Below, piece by piece: positions 29,204-39,063 of a stretch of 64,000 nt of DNA. The position numbers and the translations under genes were made by a program. The DNA is from a virus (lineage: Duplodnaviria; Caudoviricetes). The DNA is taken from the IMG/VR virus record IMGVR_UViG_3300037067_006044, positions 1 to 64,000 of that record. One strand, given 5' to 3'. Position 1 is the stretch's first letter; each line of letters begins with the position of its first letter. The notes under the pieces are model-generated. The model ran no database searches, was not told the DNA's origin, and was given only the letters and a program-made list of their open reading frames with translations.

Positions 29204-29545
29204 TTATTCTACTTTTTGATATTCATAAACAATCTTTTCTTTTAATTCAACAAAATAAATGTCTAAATCATGTTTCATTCCATAAATATCGGAGTAGCAA
29301 ATCATTTTATCATTTATTTTAAAAATATATTTAACTCTGTTATTATCCGAGATATCAATTATCTTGTTTATAATTTCATCTTGTCTTAAATATATTTCTT
29401 CAACAGTCCATTCTAAATCATGTTGAATATCTTTTTCAATATTTGGTATTAAATAATTATCAATTGGATAATTTTCTTTTAATTTATCAAAATTTTGTTT
29501 GATATAATCAATAATATGATTTTTAAATAATTCTTTTGCTGTCAT
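29204..29545 (-). CDS. Hypothetical protein
   Basis: Minus-strand operon. Confidence 0.6.
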   Translation of the reverse strand: MTAKELFKNHIIDYIKQNFDKLKENYPIDNYLIPNIEKDIQHDLEWTVEEIYLRQDEIINKIIDISDNNRVKYIFKINDKMICYSDIYGMKHDLDIYFVELKEKIVYEYQKVE

Positions 29546-29599
29546 AATTTTAAAGTTTAATATTAATTTGTTTTTAATATTTCAATTTCTTTAAATGAA

Positions 29600-29827
29600 T
29601 CAGAAATAATAATTTCTAAATACTACCGTTTTATTTTGTTCCATTAACTCTAATGCTTTTTCAAAAATAGGAATTAATTCAGAATTGTATTCTCTAAAAG
29701 TTTCACTATTAATCAATTCTTTTACACTATTTAAAGTATGATAATGACCTTTATCTTTACCATATCCAATTAGAAACAAATCATTTTCATTAGTTGTTCC
29801 TTTTCCATTTTCTATTTTAAATGACAT
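29600..29827 (-). CDS. Hypothetical protein
   Basis: Minus-strand operon. Confidence 0.6.
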   Translation of the reverse strand: MSFKIENGKGTTNENDLFLIGYGKDKGHYHTLNSVKELINSETFREYNSELIPIFEKALELMEQNKTVVFRNYYF

Positions 29828-29845
29828 AATTTTAAAGTTTTGAGT

Positions 29846-30139
29846 TTACAATAATTTAGTTAAAATTAAAATACATTCTTTTGTTTTATCAATATTCAAT
29901 TTATTAGGGAATGTTTGATTCATATGATTATACCAATTTATTTTAGTGACAATAACATCATAACATTCACTAAATTTTAATTGCTTTTCTAATTCTGGAA
30001 AAATGTTTTCTAAGCATTGGATTTTATTATTAATTGAATCAACTTCCGTTTGAGTTAATTTTTTATTTTTTAAACTCCAATTTAATTCTGTTAATTGTCT
30101 TTTAACTGAATTTATGATTGGTATTTTTGAACTTGACAT
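29846..30139 (-). CDS. Hypothetical protein
   Basis: After promoter 30165-30196. Confidence 0.6.
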   Translation of the reverse strand: MSSSKIPIINSVKRQLTELNWSLKNKKLTQTEVDSINNKIQCLENIFPELEKQLKFSECYDVIVTKINWYNHMNQTFPNKLNIDKTKECILILTKLL

Positions 30140-30213
30140 AATTTTAAAGTTTTAATTTATATTACAAATTTAAATAATATTTTTGATATAAACAAATAAA
30201 AGTTAATTTATTT

Positions 30214-30654
30214 TTAATCAATATTTATTTTTTCAATATTTTCTGGCCTAACCATTTTAAAATGTTGAAATCTTTTTAATATTTTTGATTTATTTTCATC
30301 TTTTTGAAACCAAACTTTTCCATCTTTATCAAAAGAATTTCCAAAATAAGTAAACATACTATTCCCACTTTTTGTTATTTCTCCAATACAAGGTTCATTT
30401 CCAATAATACTTCTAAAAACAAATCTATTAGTAAATGATTCATTATTTTCAAATACTAAATGTCCACTATCTAATAATTCATTTATTTTTGATGCCAATT
30501 TAACACTATATAAATAATTTTCATAACATTTTTGAGAATGAAATTCTTCTTTTGTTCCTAATTGTTGAGTTTTTATTTTTGTTGTCATAATTTTATTAAT
30601 GATTAATTGGACACCACACTTTAAAAATTGTTTCTTTATTTTTCTTAATTTCAA
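30214..30654 (-). CDS. Hypothetical protein (true start probably the internal MTTKIK ATG near 30588)
   Basis: Internal ATG lies just after the stop of 30596..30919. Confidence 0.6.
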   Translation of the reverse strand: MKLRKIKKQFLKCGVQLIINKIMTTKIKTQQLGTKEEFHSQKCYENYLYSVKLASKINELLDSGHLVFENNESFTNRFVFRSIIGNEPCIGEITKSGNSMFTYFGNSFDKDGKVWFQKDENKSKILKRFQHFKMVRPENIEKINID

Positions 30655-30919
30655 ATACTAATTTGGTTGGATTTGTAAAGAAATTAGATTTATTAAAATC
30701 ATTATCAGTAAACATAAATGATACTTGAATTCTATCATAAAAATCAATATACTGTTCAATACTATAACTTTTAAATCTGAATTTATAATTTTTACTTAAT
30801 TTATCAATTGTTTGATTTAATAAAGATGAATTAAATATATAATAGAAATCTTTATTTTCTGATTGTTTTAGTTTCGATTTAAACCACACAATTTTTCTTT
30901 TAAATGTTTTTATTTGCAT
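30596..30919 (-). CDS. Hypothetical protein
   Basis: Minus-strand operon. Confidence 0.55.
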   Translation of the reverse strand: MQIKTFKRKIVWFKSKLKQSENKDFYYIFNSSLLNQTIDKLSKNYKFRFKSYSIEQYIDFYDRIQVSFMFTDNDFNKSNFFTNPTKLVFEIKKNKETIFKVWCPINH

Positions 30920-30946
30920 AATTATATATAATTAAAAATTAATAAT

Positions 30947-31249
30947 TTATCGAGTTATTATGTCAGATTCATCTGAATTCTTATAAAACATTTTATTATA
31001 ACTCTTTTTGTTTTCTATTGTGTCTAATAATAATCCAAATATGTCGTCTGGTAAACTTGGTAATAATCCTTCATCATGTCCTTTTACCAATGTTTCTAAT
31101 TCTTCCAATTCAAAAGTATTCAAATATTCTACAAAAGAAGTGTTGTCAGATAATTTTGCCAAATAAGTATTTTTAATTGATGAATTAATTGTACTCCACA
31201 GAACTACTGTTTGAGAAAATAATCTACAAATAAGATTTATGTTTTTCAT
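30947..31249 (-). CDS. Hypothetical protein
   Basis: After promoter 31285-31316. Confidence 0.6.
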   Translation of the reverse strand: MKNINLICRLFSQTVVLWSTINSSIKNTYLAKLSDNTSFVEYLNTFELEELETLVKGHDEGLLPSLPDDIFGLLLDTIENKKSYNKMFYKNSDESDIITR

Positions 31250-31284
31250 TTTTATAAGTTTTAAATTGTTTAATTTTTACTCTA

Positions 31285-31316
31285 CAAATATAATAACAAT
31301 AAAATTAATAAACAAA
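31285..31316 (-). promoter_or_regulatory. Bacteroidota-type promoter, identical 35-bp copy
   Basis: Identical to the 6783-6817 and 53249-53283 copies. Confidence 0.8.
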
Positions 31317-31346
31317 TTATTTTAAGAGAAAATTAATTTATTTTTA

Positions 31347-32072
31347 TTATTTAACATTAACAACATAATTTTCAAATCCTTCCCATTGACTTTTTGATGT
31401 TACTACAAATTCACTATTTAATACATTGTAATTTTTAGCTTCTTTATATAATTTGTTATGATTGTTAGAAGGAAAAAACAAAACATATATTTTACCATTC
31501 AAATACATTTTTAATACATTTGCCGCTTTATATATAACTGTTGGATTTGTTATTACTTCTCCTTTAATAAATTCTTCTTTACTTTTTAAAAAAGTATTAA
31601 TTTCTGATTGTAATACTGATACTTTTGTATAAAAATCTTTATCAATTATTTTAATATCGGTTGTACTTAAATCTAATCCAGTTAATAAAATCATTTTATT
31701 TAATTCTGATAATTTATTAACTCTCTTTTTAGTATCTGTAACAGCAGAATCAATGTTATTTTCAAATGAATATGTAGAAATCATTTCAAATGTTCCATCT
31801 GTTTTTTGTACTTTTATTGGAAATTTAGTGATACATTCACTTCCAACTTTTAAAGAAATGTTTGTTTTGATATTGGTAATATTGAAAATATATTTGATAT
31901 GTTTTTTACCACAAACTTCACAAATTTCATCGTTTTCATAATAACAATTTAAATCTGTGTAAAATTCATTTCTAAGAATTTCTAAGTCTTGAGTGAAATC
32001 GCCAGTTAAAACAATATTCTTATCTGAAGCATTAACTAAATTATCGTAAAATGTAGATATGAAGTTTGACAT
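31347..32072 (-). CDS. Hypothetical protein with Zn-binding motif
   Basis: CEVCGKKHIK...VGSECI; promoter at 32109-32139. Confidence 0.7.
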   Translation of the reverse strand: MSNFISTFYDNLVNASDKNIVLTGDFTQDLEILRNEFYTDLNCYYENDEICEVCGKKHIKYIFNITNIKTNISLKVGSECITKFPIKVQKTDGTFEMISTYSFENNIDSAVTDTKKRVNKLSELNKMILLTGLDLSTTDIKIIDKDFYTKVSVLQSEINTFLKSKEEFIKGEVITNPTVIYKAANVLKMYLNGKIYVLFFPSNNHNKLYKEAKNYNVLNSEFVVTSKSQWEGFENYVVNVK

Positions 32073-32279
32073 TGTGTTTATGTTTTAAATTGTTTAATAA
32101 TTATAGTACAAATATAATATTAATTTCTGTATCTACAAAATATTTTAACATTAAAATTAATTTATTTTTAATATTTACCCTTTATTAACAAATAAAAAGT
32201 CCATAAAATTAATTATGAACTTTAATATTAATTGATTATACGTTTGTATTAACAAACAAAAACAGTTATAATGTTTGTA

Positions 32280-34745
32280 TTAATATACAAATTCATCTGA
32301 ATATTTTAATGGTAAATTAGAATATAAATCAGTAGTACAATTATTTCTTAATGTTCTATTCCTGCCTATTGCTTGTACTATTTCAGATTCTATTAATGAT
32401 AATTGTATTTCTCTTAATTTTTGATGTTGAAAAGTATTAAATTTAAATCTAAAATTATTCCATTCTATTAATTGATATTCTGTTGCTGTTTGAGTATCTG
32501 CTGGAGATAATGATATTCCTAATGCACTTGCATAAAAGAAATAAACCATATTAGGTTTATGATCGGTTCCTACAACTGCAATATTTTTTCCCGTTAAATT
32601 ATTATAACCAGAACAATTTCCAAAGTGCATATTTTTTACAGGATTATCAAACTCATCTTTAAATTCTTGAAATGTTATTGTTGGTAAATTTCCTACTAAT
32701 TTTTTTATTTGATTAACATAAGTTTTTAATCCTTGTCTTGAACATGAATGTTTAGTATGTTGAGTTATTTTACCTACTTGTTCTACATTATCAATTTCTA
32801 TTATTTCTAATCTGTCACCAAACATTTCTTTATAGATTGCAATAGGAGCAGTTGCACTCATTATAACTATCTTTTTGTCTGCTGGTAAATCTGCTTTAGT
32901 TATAAACCATATTTCAGAAGGATTATGTAATGGTTTAAATACAAACTTAGAATGTAGAAATTTTAATATTTTAATTTTATTTAATTTAGCTGCAATAGGA
33001 ATAACTTTATCATATTTAAAAGCAAAACTTTTTGTTGGTTCTATACATTCATGTAGCATATTGTGTAACCAATTAAATATTTCTTTAAATTGTTCGTCTA
33101 ATTCAGTATTAAAAAATGAAAAAATATCATTTATAGTTATTTTATCTATTTTTAATACTTGTTGAATTGGGTCTTCATCAAATATAATAGTATTATGATT
33201 AGAACCATATATTCCTCTTGCATGAGTTGTTAAAACTGTATTCTTACTTTTAAAACAATCATTTATCTCATTAATATACTTTTTAGCAAGAATTACATCG
33301 TTTGAATCATATATTATTTCTACATTGACTTTAGTTAAGATTTGTTTTTTATTCGATATATTGGATATTAATTTATATACATCTGATACTAATCCTTCTT
33401 CATATAATGTAGTTATATATTTGTTTATTATATTATTTTTAAAAATTGGTAATCTTGGTATCTTCTTTACATTTGGTATTTTCATTCTATCAAATATTTC
33501 ATCTTTTAAATTGTGAGTTGGTAGAGCAATTAAACAATTTTCTGCATATTCTAATAGAGTTGTTTTACCTAAACCAGTTACAACTTTAAATAAATAAACT
33601 TTTGTGTCATCTGAATTCATTACTCTGTCAAATTCAGTCTTTAATTTATTTCCTGCTTCCATAAGTGGTATTTTTTTAATTATTTTATTTATATCAATTA
33701 TATCTATTCTTCCTTTTCTCCATTTATCAACATTAAGAATATTTGAATAATTCCAATCCGATTTATAAGGACTGAAATTTATTAGTGATTGTGGAGAATA
33801 TTTTTGTTTCTGTATATAAGGTATTATTGCATAATTGTTTGGTGTATAAAATGTTAATCCTAATTCATTATACTTATTCAATACTTTTTTAAATACTTTT
33901 AATCCACCATTAATCCAATATAAATTTGTTGCCAATCCAAATAATTGGTTGTGATGTAACCATTTTCCATCTAAAAAATCTTTAAAAATATTAATATTTA
34001 AATATGCTTTATCAAAATTATAATGTTGAATTATTTTAAACTTTGAATTATTTTCATTAATCTGTATTAAGGCAGTATCTTCTATATAATCAGTATAAGA
34101 GTTAATGTCTAAATACATATTATTTTTAGTTGAATCATAACATAGTCTGGTTCTATTTTTATCGTCTGCAATAACAAAAAGATTTAAAATATTTATAACA
34201 TTTTCTAAATTATTTAATTCTTCATTTCTATATATTTCAGATTTACCACCATGAAACATCCTTGCAAAATCCTTACATTGAGTATCTCTTCTTGGAAACA
34301 TTTTAAAAAAATTGTCGTATAGAAATGTTCTTAGTTTTTTGTCTTCAACAGTTGTATCAAATGCAATAATACCTCTAAACTTTCTTAATGCCGGACTATC
34401 ACTAAATGTACCATAAACAAGATTCGGAATTATTCCATTTCTTTTACAATCTTCTATAAATTCTTCCGGTGTATAGCCATCATCAAAATCAAGAGTAACC
34501 ATGTCTTGAGCTAACCAATTTATATTATTTCTTTTACTGTGAAAATAAACACCTGGTGACCATGTAAATCCATTGTCTTGGGTAGGATTAATTGTAGTAT
34601 CATTTACCACAATCCAACTTAATTCTTCCATATTGTGGATTTCTATTCCACTTCTAAAACCATTTGATATAATTCCTATTTCTTCATCTTCTGGTTTAAC
34701 ACTTCGTTTAAAGTCCGAATTGACTGAAATCAACATTTGTCTCAT
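32280..34745 (-). CDS. AEP-like primase domain fused to an SF2-like helicase/ATPase domain
   Basis: N-terminal LDFDD, YGTFS, KFRG, DFARMF; C-terminal TGLGKTT, IIFDEDP, MSATAP, QAIGRNR. Confidence 0.75.
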   Translation of the reverse strand: MRQMLISVNSDFKRSVKPEDEEIGIISNGFRSGIEIHNMEELSWIVVNDTTINPTQDNGFTWSPGVYFHSKRNNINWLAQDMVTLDFDDGYTPEEFIEDCKRNGIIPNLVYGTFSDSPALRKFRGIIAFDTTVEDKKLRTFLYDNFFKMFPRRDTQCKDFARMFHGGKSEIYRNEELNNLENVINILNLFVIADDKNRTRLCYDSTKNNMYLDINSYTDYIEDTALIQINENNSKFKIIQHYNFDKAYLNINIFKDFLDGKWLHHNQLFGLATNLYWINGGLKVFKKVLNKYNELGLTFYTPNNYAIIPYIQKQKYSPQSLINFSPYKSDWNYSNILNVDKWRKGRIDIIDINKIIKKIPLMEAGNKLKTEFDRVMNSDDTKVYLFKVVTGLGKTTLLEYAENCLIALPTHNLKDEIFDRMKIPNVKKIPRLPIFKNNIINKYITTLYEEGLVSDVYKLISNISNKKQILTKVNVEIIYDSNDVILAKKYINEINDCFKSKNTVLTTHARGIYGSNHNTIIFDEDPIQQVLKIDKITINDIFSFFNTELDEQFKEIFNWLHNMLHECIEPTKSFAFKYDKVIPIAAKLNKIKILKFLHSKFVFKPLHNPSEIWFITKADLPADKKIVIMSATAPIAIYKEMFGDRLEIIEIDNVEQVGKITQHTKHSCSRQGLKTYVNQIKKLVGNLPTITFQEFKDEFDNPVKNMHFGNCSGYNNLTGKNIAVVGTDHKPNMVYFFYASALGISLSPADTQTATEYQLIEWNNFRFKFNTFQHQKLREIQLSLIESEIVQAIGRNRTLRNNCTTDLYSNLPLKYSDEFVY

Positions 34746-34826
34746 ACTGACGTTTTTAAATTGTTTTTAATTTTTATATTATAGTATTTTAATAAAAAAG
34801 AAATCTGAACACTTTCTTTTCTTATA

Positions 34827-34836
34827 TATAAATATA
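34827..34836 (-). promoter_or_regulatory. TATATTTATA putative promoter for the primase-helicase mRNA
   Basis: Lies between the sRNA 2 terminator and the leader hairpin 34796-34820. Confidence 0.5.
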
Positions 34837-34856
34837 AAAATTAAAAATTTTTATTA

Positions 34857-34960
34857 AATAAAAATAGCCGAAATAAATCCGGCTATGAAATCAAATATTA
34901 AAACGTCAGTAAAAATATCCAATTTTTAAAATCTTGAAGGATGTTCAGTCCCCTTTATAT
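34857..34960 (-). ncRNA. Putative two-loop antisense sRNA 2 targeting the primase-helicase leader
   Basis: Promoter 34962-34971; hairpin 34937-34955 with loop CUGAACA; hairpin 34888-34925 with loop containing UACUGACGUUUU; terminator 34864-34886. Confidence 0.65.
34860..34886 (-). terminator. Intrinsic terminator of sRNA 2
   Basis: GC-rich stem atagccg/cggctat followed by a U tract on the minus strand. Confidence 0.75.
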
Positions 34961-35051
34961 CTATAAATATAATAAAAATATAAAAAAAATAAATATTATA
35001 ACAAATAAAAATTTAAACATTTTATATTTATAATTAAAAAATAAATAGTTT

Positions 35052-36158
35052 ATGATTCAAAACATAAAATCACCAACAGAATTAAGTGGATTCTACATTG
35101 TTTTCAATGGTTCTGTTCAAAATGAAAAACCAGGAATAAGAGGAATAAGTCATTTAATGGAACATTTGATATATAAAGGAAATGAAAAATTATACAATAT
35201 ATTTTCCGGTTTAGCTGTAAATGGAAACGCATTTACTTCATCAAATATCGTTGTATTTCACATTACAGGATTAGATCAATTCATAGACAAGTACAAATAT
35301 TCATTTTTAAAGAATCTAAGTAAATTTAATATTACAGAAAAGCAATTTCAAAATGAAAAGAATATAGTAATACAAGAATACTTTGATTTCTTTAATGAAC
35401 AATCATATAGACATCATGATAATCTATTAAGAAAATATTTAAATTTTTATGGAGCAATAGGAAGTTTAAATGATTTAAAGAATTTAAAGTTAGAAGATTG
35501 TTATGATTATTTTGATAAGTTTTTTAAAAATCCAACTCAAATAATAAATATAAGTAAGAATCATCCATTTGAAGAAAGTATTAATTTCGAAGATAAAAAA
35601 CAATACCCAAATCCAGTTTTATCAGAATATAAGAATGTAGAAATAGATTATAAGAATAATCATGATAAGACATCAGTAATGTATTTTAGTGATGTAGTAA
35701 CAAATGATTTTGCAATAATTAATTTTATTTGTTTAATGTTGGGAAATGGATTAAATAGTCCATTATATGAATTAGTAAGAGAAAGATATGGATTAGTATA
35801 TCATATAGAAATAGGATTAGAACAATTGACTAATAATAGTGGGATTATTCTTATCAATACATTAACTGATAATGTTATGAATGCACAAAAGATACAAGTA
35901 ATATTAAATCACATATTAGATAATCCAAAGAAATATTTAACTGAAGAAAGATTTAATAATCAAAGAAGATTAGTAAAGATAGAATTGGCAAAAGAAAATA
36001 TAAATAGGTATGCTAATTTTGAACATCTTTTAAATGATAAAACTTGGGATATTAAGAATTATATTGATAGAATAACAATGGAAGATATATATAGAATATA
36101 TAATAAATATTTTAAATCATTCAAACAATCAATTGACAAAATAGAATTTAATAAATAA
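35052..36158 (+). CDS. M16 family zinc peptidase
   Basis: GISHLMEH (HxxEH), NAFTS, EKNIVIQE, LYELVRERYGLVY. Confidence 0.9.
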   Translation: MIQNIKSPTELSGFYIVFNGSVQNEKPGIRGISHLMEHLIYKGNEKLYNIFSGLAVNGNAFTSSNIVVFHITGLDQFIDKYKYSFLKNLSKFNITEKQFQNEKNIVIQEYFDFFNEQSYRHHDNLLRKYLNFYGAIGSLNDLKNLKLEDCYDYFDKFFKNPTQIINISKNHPFEESINFEDKKQYPNPVLSEYKNVEIDYKNNHDKTSVMYFSDVVTNDFAIINFICLMLGNGLNSPLYELVRERYGLVYHIEIGLEQLTNNSGIILINTLTDNVMNAQKIQVILNHILDNPKKYLTEERFNNQRRLVKIELAKENINRYANFEHLLNDKTWDIKNYIDRITMEDIYRIYNKYFKSFKQSIDKIEFNK

Positions 36159-36171
36159 TAAAAATAACGTT

Positions 36172-36954
36172 ATGACATTTCTACAAGTTCCAATCGACAC
36201 ATTAACAAATTTAGTTACAACAAGTCCATCAACATATTATGAATGGCAGCCAAGAATAGTTCTATTATCAGTTGTAATACCAACATTAATAACTGTATTA
36301 GGAAGTGTTATTGGGATATTAATAAATAGAGGAGTATTTGACAGAAAAAATAAATATTCAAAAACAAATATTAGATTAATATCTGATGAAGATAAAAATC
36401 ATTTATTAAAGCACAAAGTATTTTATACATTAAAAAAATTAATTGAAGTAGATTTATATACATTATTTACTAATTGTAGAAAATCAAATAAAGAAAAAGT
36501 ATTTATATTTTTAATTTATGTTAAATTTACAATGTATTTAGATAAATTAACTGAATATTTGTCTGATATATTTAAGACAAATATTAATGATTCCAAAGAA
36601 GAACATTTATTAAATTCATCTATTTTTATAAATAATATAGATTATAAAATAAAAGAAGAATGGGACGAATTAAATATACCAGAACAAGCATTAAATATAT
36701 ATGATGTTTGGACTTCTACCAGATTAAAATGGTTTTTACCTGCCTTAGAACATGCAATTAATAGTAGTGAAAATTATTATAAAGAAATAGATAGTTTTTT
36801 AGATGCTATATGGTTTATGACTATCGCTGAATTAGAAGATGCAAAAATAAAAATACTTACATTTAACGGAGAATTAGAAAAATTAATTCAACCAGAGGTT
36901 ATGAAAACAATTAAATTCGAACAATATAAACAATTTTATGAATTAGTAATATGA
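36172..36954 (+). CDS. Membrane-anchored hypothetical protein
   Basis: Single N-terminal hydrophobic helix. Confidence 0.7.
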   Translation: MTFLQVPIDTLTNLVTTSPSTYYEWQPRIVLLSVVIPTLITVLGSVIGILINRGVFDRKNKYSKTNIRLISDEDKNHLLKHKVFYTLKKLIEVDLYTLFTNCRKSNKEKVFIFLIYVKFTMYLDKLTEYLSDIFKTNINDSKEEHLLNSSIFINNIDYKIKEEWDELNIPEQALNIYDVWTSTRLKWFLPALEHAINSSENYYKEIDSFLDAIWFMTIAELEDAKIKILTFNGELEKLIQPEVMKTIKFEQYKQFYELVI

Positions 36955-37379
36955 AAACTCTAAACCTAACACTAAATATAATAACAATATTATTATGGAT
37001 AATTATTTTTATTAAAATGAGTATTATTTATAAAAAATTAAATTTTATTGATAAAGGAATAAGATTAATTAATATGATATTACCAATTACTATGCTTGGA
37101 GTATCATATATATATCTTATGATAGTATGGTGGATAATTTATCCAAATAATAATATTCCATATAATATTAAATTTGAAATGAATATATTTCATCTTTTTG
37201 TACCAACAACACTTATTTTTATAATAATGTATGTTAGAAGATTGATTCTTTCTAAATATAGAAGTGGATTAAGATTAATAGTGAATGAGAAGAATAAAAA
37301 GAAACTCTATATTTATCTGAGAAATTTATTATATTTTAAAATAAAAAAATATGATAACATTTTTAACTCAAGAAAATAA
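36951..37379 (+). CDS. Membrane protein, about 3 TM helices
   Basis: Three hydrophobic segments and a basic tail. Confidence 0.65.
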   Translation: MKTLNLTLNIITILLWIIIFIKMSIIYKKLNFIDKGIRLINMILPITMLGVSYIYLMIVWWIIYPNNNIPYNIKFEMNIFHLFVPTTLIFIIMYVRRLILSKYRSGLRLIVNEKNKKKLYIYLRNLLYFKIKKYDNIFNSRK

Positions 37380-37644
37380 TAAATATATTAAAATAGGATG
37401 GAGTAAAAATAGTCCAATTACTAACTTTGATATTATTTCTGGTTATAATCCTTATAAAATGTATTTTCTTAAAATTGCAGATGGTGATAAATTAAAGAAA
37501 AAAGAAATACAATATAAATTCAGACATTTATTAGTTCATCATGATTGGTTTAAAGGAGAGCAAGAACTGATTGATTTTATAAATGAATTACCAGATAATG
37601 AACAATCAAAATATCTCTATACTCATTATAAGTATGGTAAATAA
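37351..37644 (+). CDS. T5orf172/GIY-YIG-like protein
   Basis: FLTQ...YIKIGWSK...GYNP...FRHL...DWF. Confidence 0.6.
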   Translation: MITFLTQENNKYIKIGWSKNSPITNFDIISGYNPYKMYFLKIADGDKLKKKEIQYKFRHLLVHHDWFKGEQELIDFINELPDNEQSKYLYTHYKYGK

Positions 37645-37790
37645 GATTGTTATTTTTAATGTTAAAAGTAACATAACATCAATTTTCAGATTAATATTTA
37701 TAAGGAATTTATATTTTTATATGTAAAAATAACAAAATACAGATATTTGTAGTATAGTTTTTAAATGTTTAATCTTAAAATTTAAAAATT

Positions 37791-38195
37791 ATGTTACCAA
37801 AACAATTTTACAATTCAAACTCGTTATTAGATTTATTATTTAATGAATTCCATGATAATAAATCAGAAACATTATTTGAACCATATTCAAATATTAAAGA
37901 AACTGATAAAGAATATAAAGTAGAATTAGCAATTCCAGGATTAGAAAAAGATGATATTAAAATCACAATTAAAAAAAATATGTTAATTATATCTTCTAAT
38001 AAACAATATGAAAATAAAGAAGAAGACAAAGGATATTTTAGAAAAGAATTTAATTATAGTAAGTTTGAACAAAAATATAAACTTCCAATTGAAATTAAAA
38101 AAGAAGATATAAAAGCTAATTATAAGAATGGAATTCTTTATATTGCTATTCCTAAATCTGAAATAGAAGAAGATAAATATATTGAAATCAACTAA
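37791..38195 (+). CDS. Small heat-shock protein (Hsp20/alpha-crystallin)
   Basis: NIKETDKEYKVELAIPGLEKDDI...RKEFNYSKF...LP...ANYKNGILYIAIPK. Confidence 0.93.
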   Translation: MLPKQFYNSNSLLDLLFNEFHDNKSETLFEPYSNIKETDKEYKVELAIPGLEKDDIKITIKKNMLIISSNKQYENKEEDKGYFRKEFNYSKFEQKYKLPIEIKKEDIKANYKNGILYIAIPKSEIEEDKYIEIN

Positions 38196-38298
38196 TTTAA
38201 ACAACTCTATTTCTTTTATTATACTTGAATAGATAGTTTATTAGAGTTAGAGAAATGTATGTAGAATTAAATAATTTTAATGATATTTATAAGAAGAG

Positions 38299-38332
38299 AA
38301 AACACCAAAACTAATTATAGAATTGGTGTTTT
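38299..38332. terminator. Terminator hairpin between convergent genes
   Basis: 10-bp stem aaaacaccaa/ttggtgtttt. Confidence 0.65.
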
Positions 38333-38352
38333 AAATTTTAAATAAATTGTGA

Positions 38353-38763
38353 TTAATTAAATAAATCTACAAGTTCTTCTAAAAATGAATAAACATAATA
38401 ATATCCTTCATCTCGTTTTTTATCCCATGCTAAATCCCAAACTTTAGTTCTACTCTTTTCTGGAATTTTATTTAGTCCAGATTGTTCTGTTATGAATTCT
38501 TCTAAATAAGAATTGATTTCTTGATTAAGAATATTATAATTTTTTTTATCGGCTTCATATTTTGCTAATCTTGTTTCAAATGTTTCAACTAAATCTGCAT
38601 ATTCTCTAATTTCTTTAGAAGTTGCATTTGATTTAAGATTTGGTTTACTTGGTTTTTCAACCCATTTTGGTCTTTCTGCTTCAATATATTGAATAATTTC
38701 ACTAACTGAAGAATATTCTAACGTTGATTTTACTGTTTGTTTTATTGTTTCTAAAGTTGTCAT
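38353..38763 (-). CDS. Hypothetical phage protein
   Basis: After promoter 38798-38828; KVWDLAWD...LEELVDLF. Confidence 0.7.
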   Translation of the reverse strand: MTTLETIKQTVKSTLEYSSVSEIIQYIEAERPKWVEKPSKPNLKSNATSKEIREYADLVETFETRLAKYEADKKNYNILNQEINSYLEEFITEQSGLNKIPEKSRTKVWDLAWDKKRDEGYYYVYSFLEELVDLFN

Positions 38764-39063
38764 ATATTTAAGTTTTAAATTGTTTTATTTAACTCTACAA
38801 ATATAAAACAATTTCTTCAATCTACAAAATAAAAACCAATTAAAATTTAATTTTTAACATTTATTAACAAAAAGAAAACTCTAATCATCTGAATAATTGG
38901 AGCTTAAAATATTTATTAATTTTTATATTTATTCATCAACTTGTCAAATGTTTGTTATTCTTAATTGTTATGAATAATAATTAATTATAAAATCCTTTTC
39001 CTTTAATAGTTAGAAATAATAATACAATCTCTATTGTTCTGACTCTTCAGCTTGAAAAGTTTT

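Noticed and set aside
37647-37797. A..B..A'..B' style complementarity upstream of hsp20 (37647-37658/37724-37735 and 37668-37676/37789-37797, the latter covering the ATG)
   Set aside because: Nearly all A/T, with no separate promoter-terminator unit or supporting hairpins; could be a thermosensor-like fold but cannot be told from chance without computation
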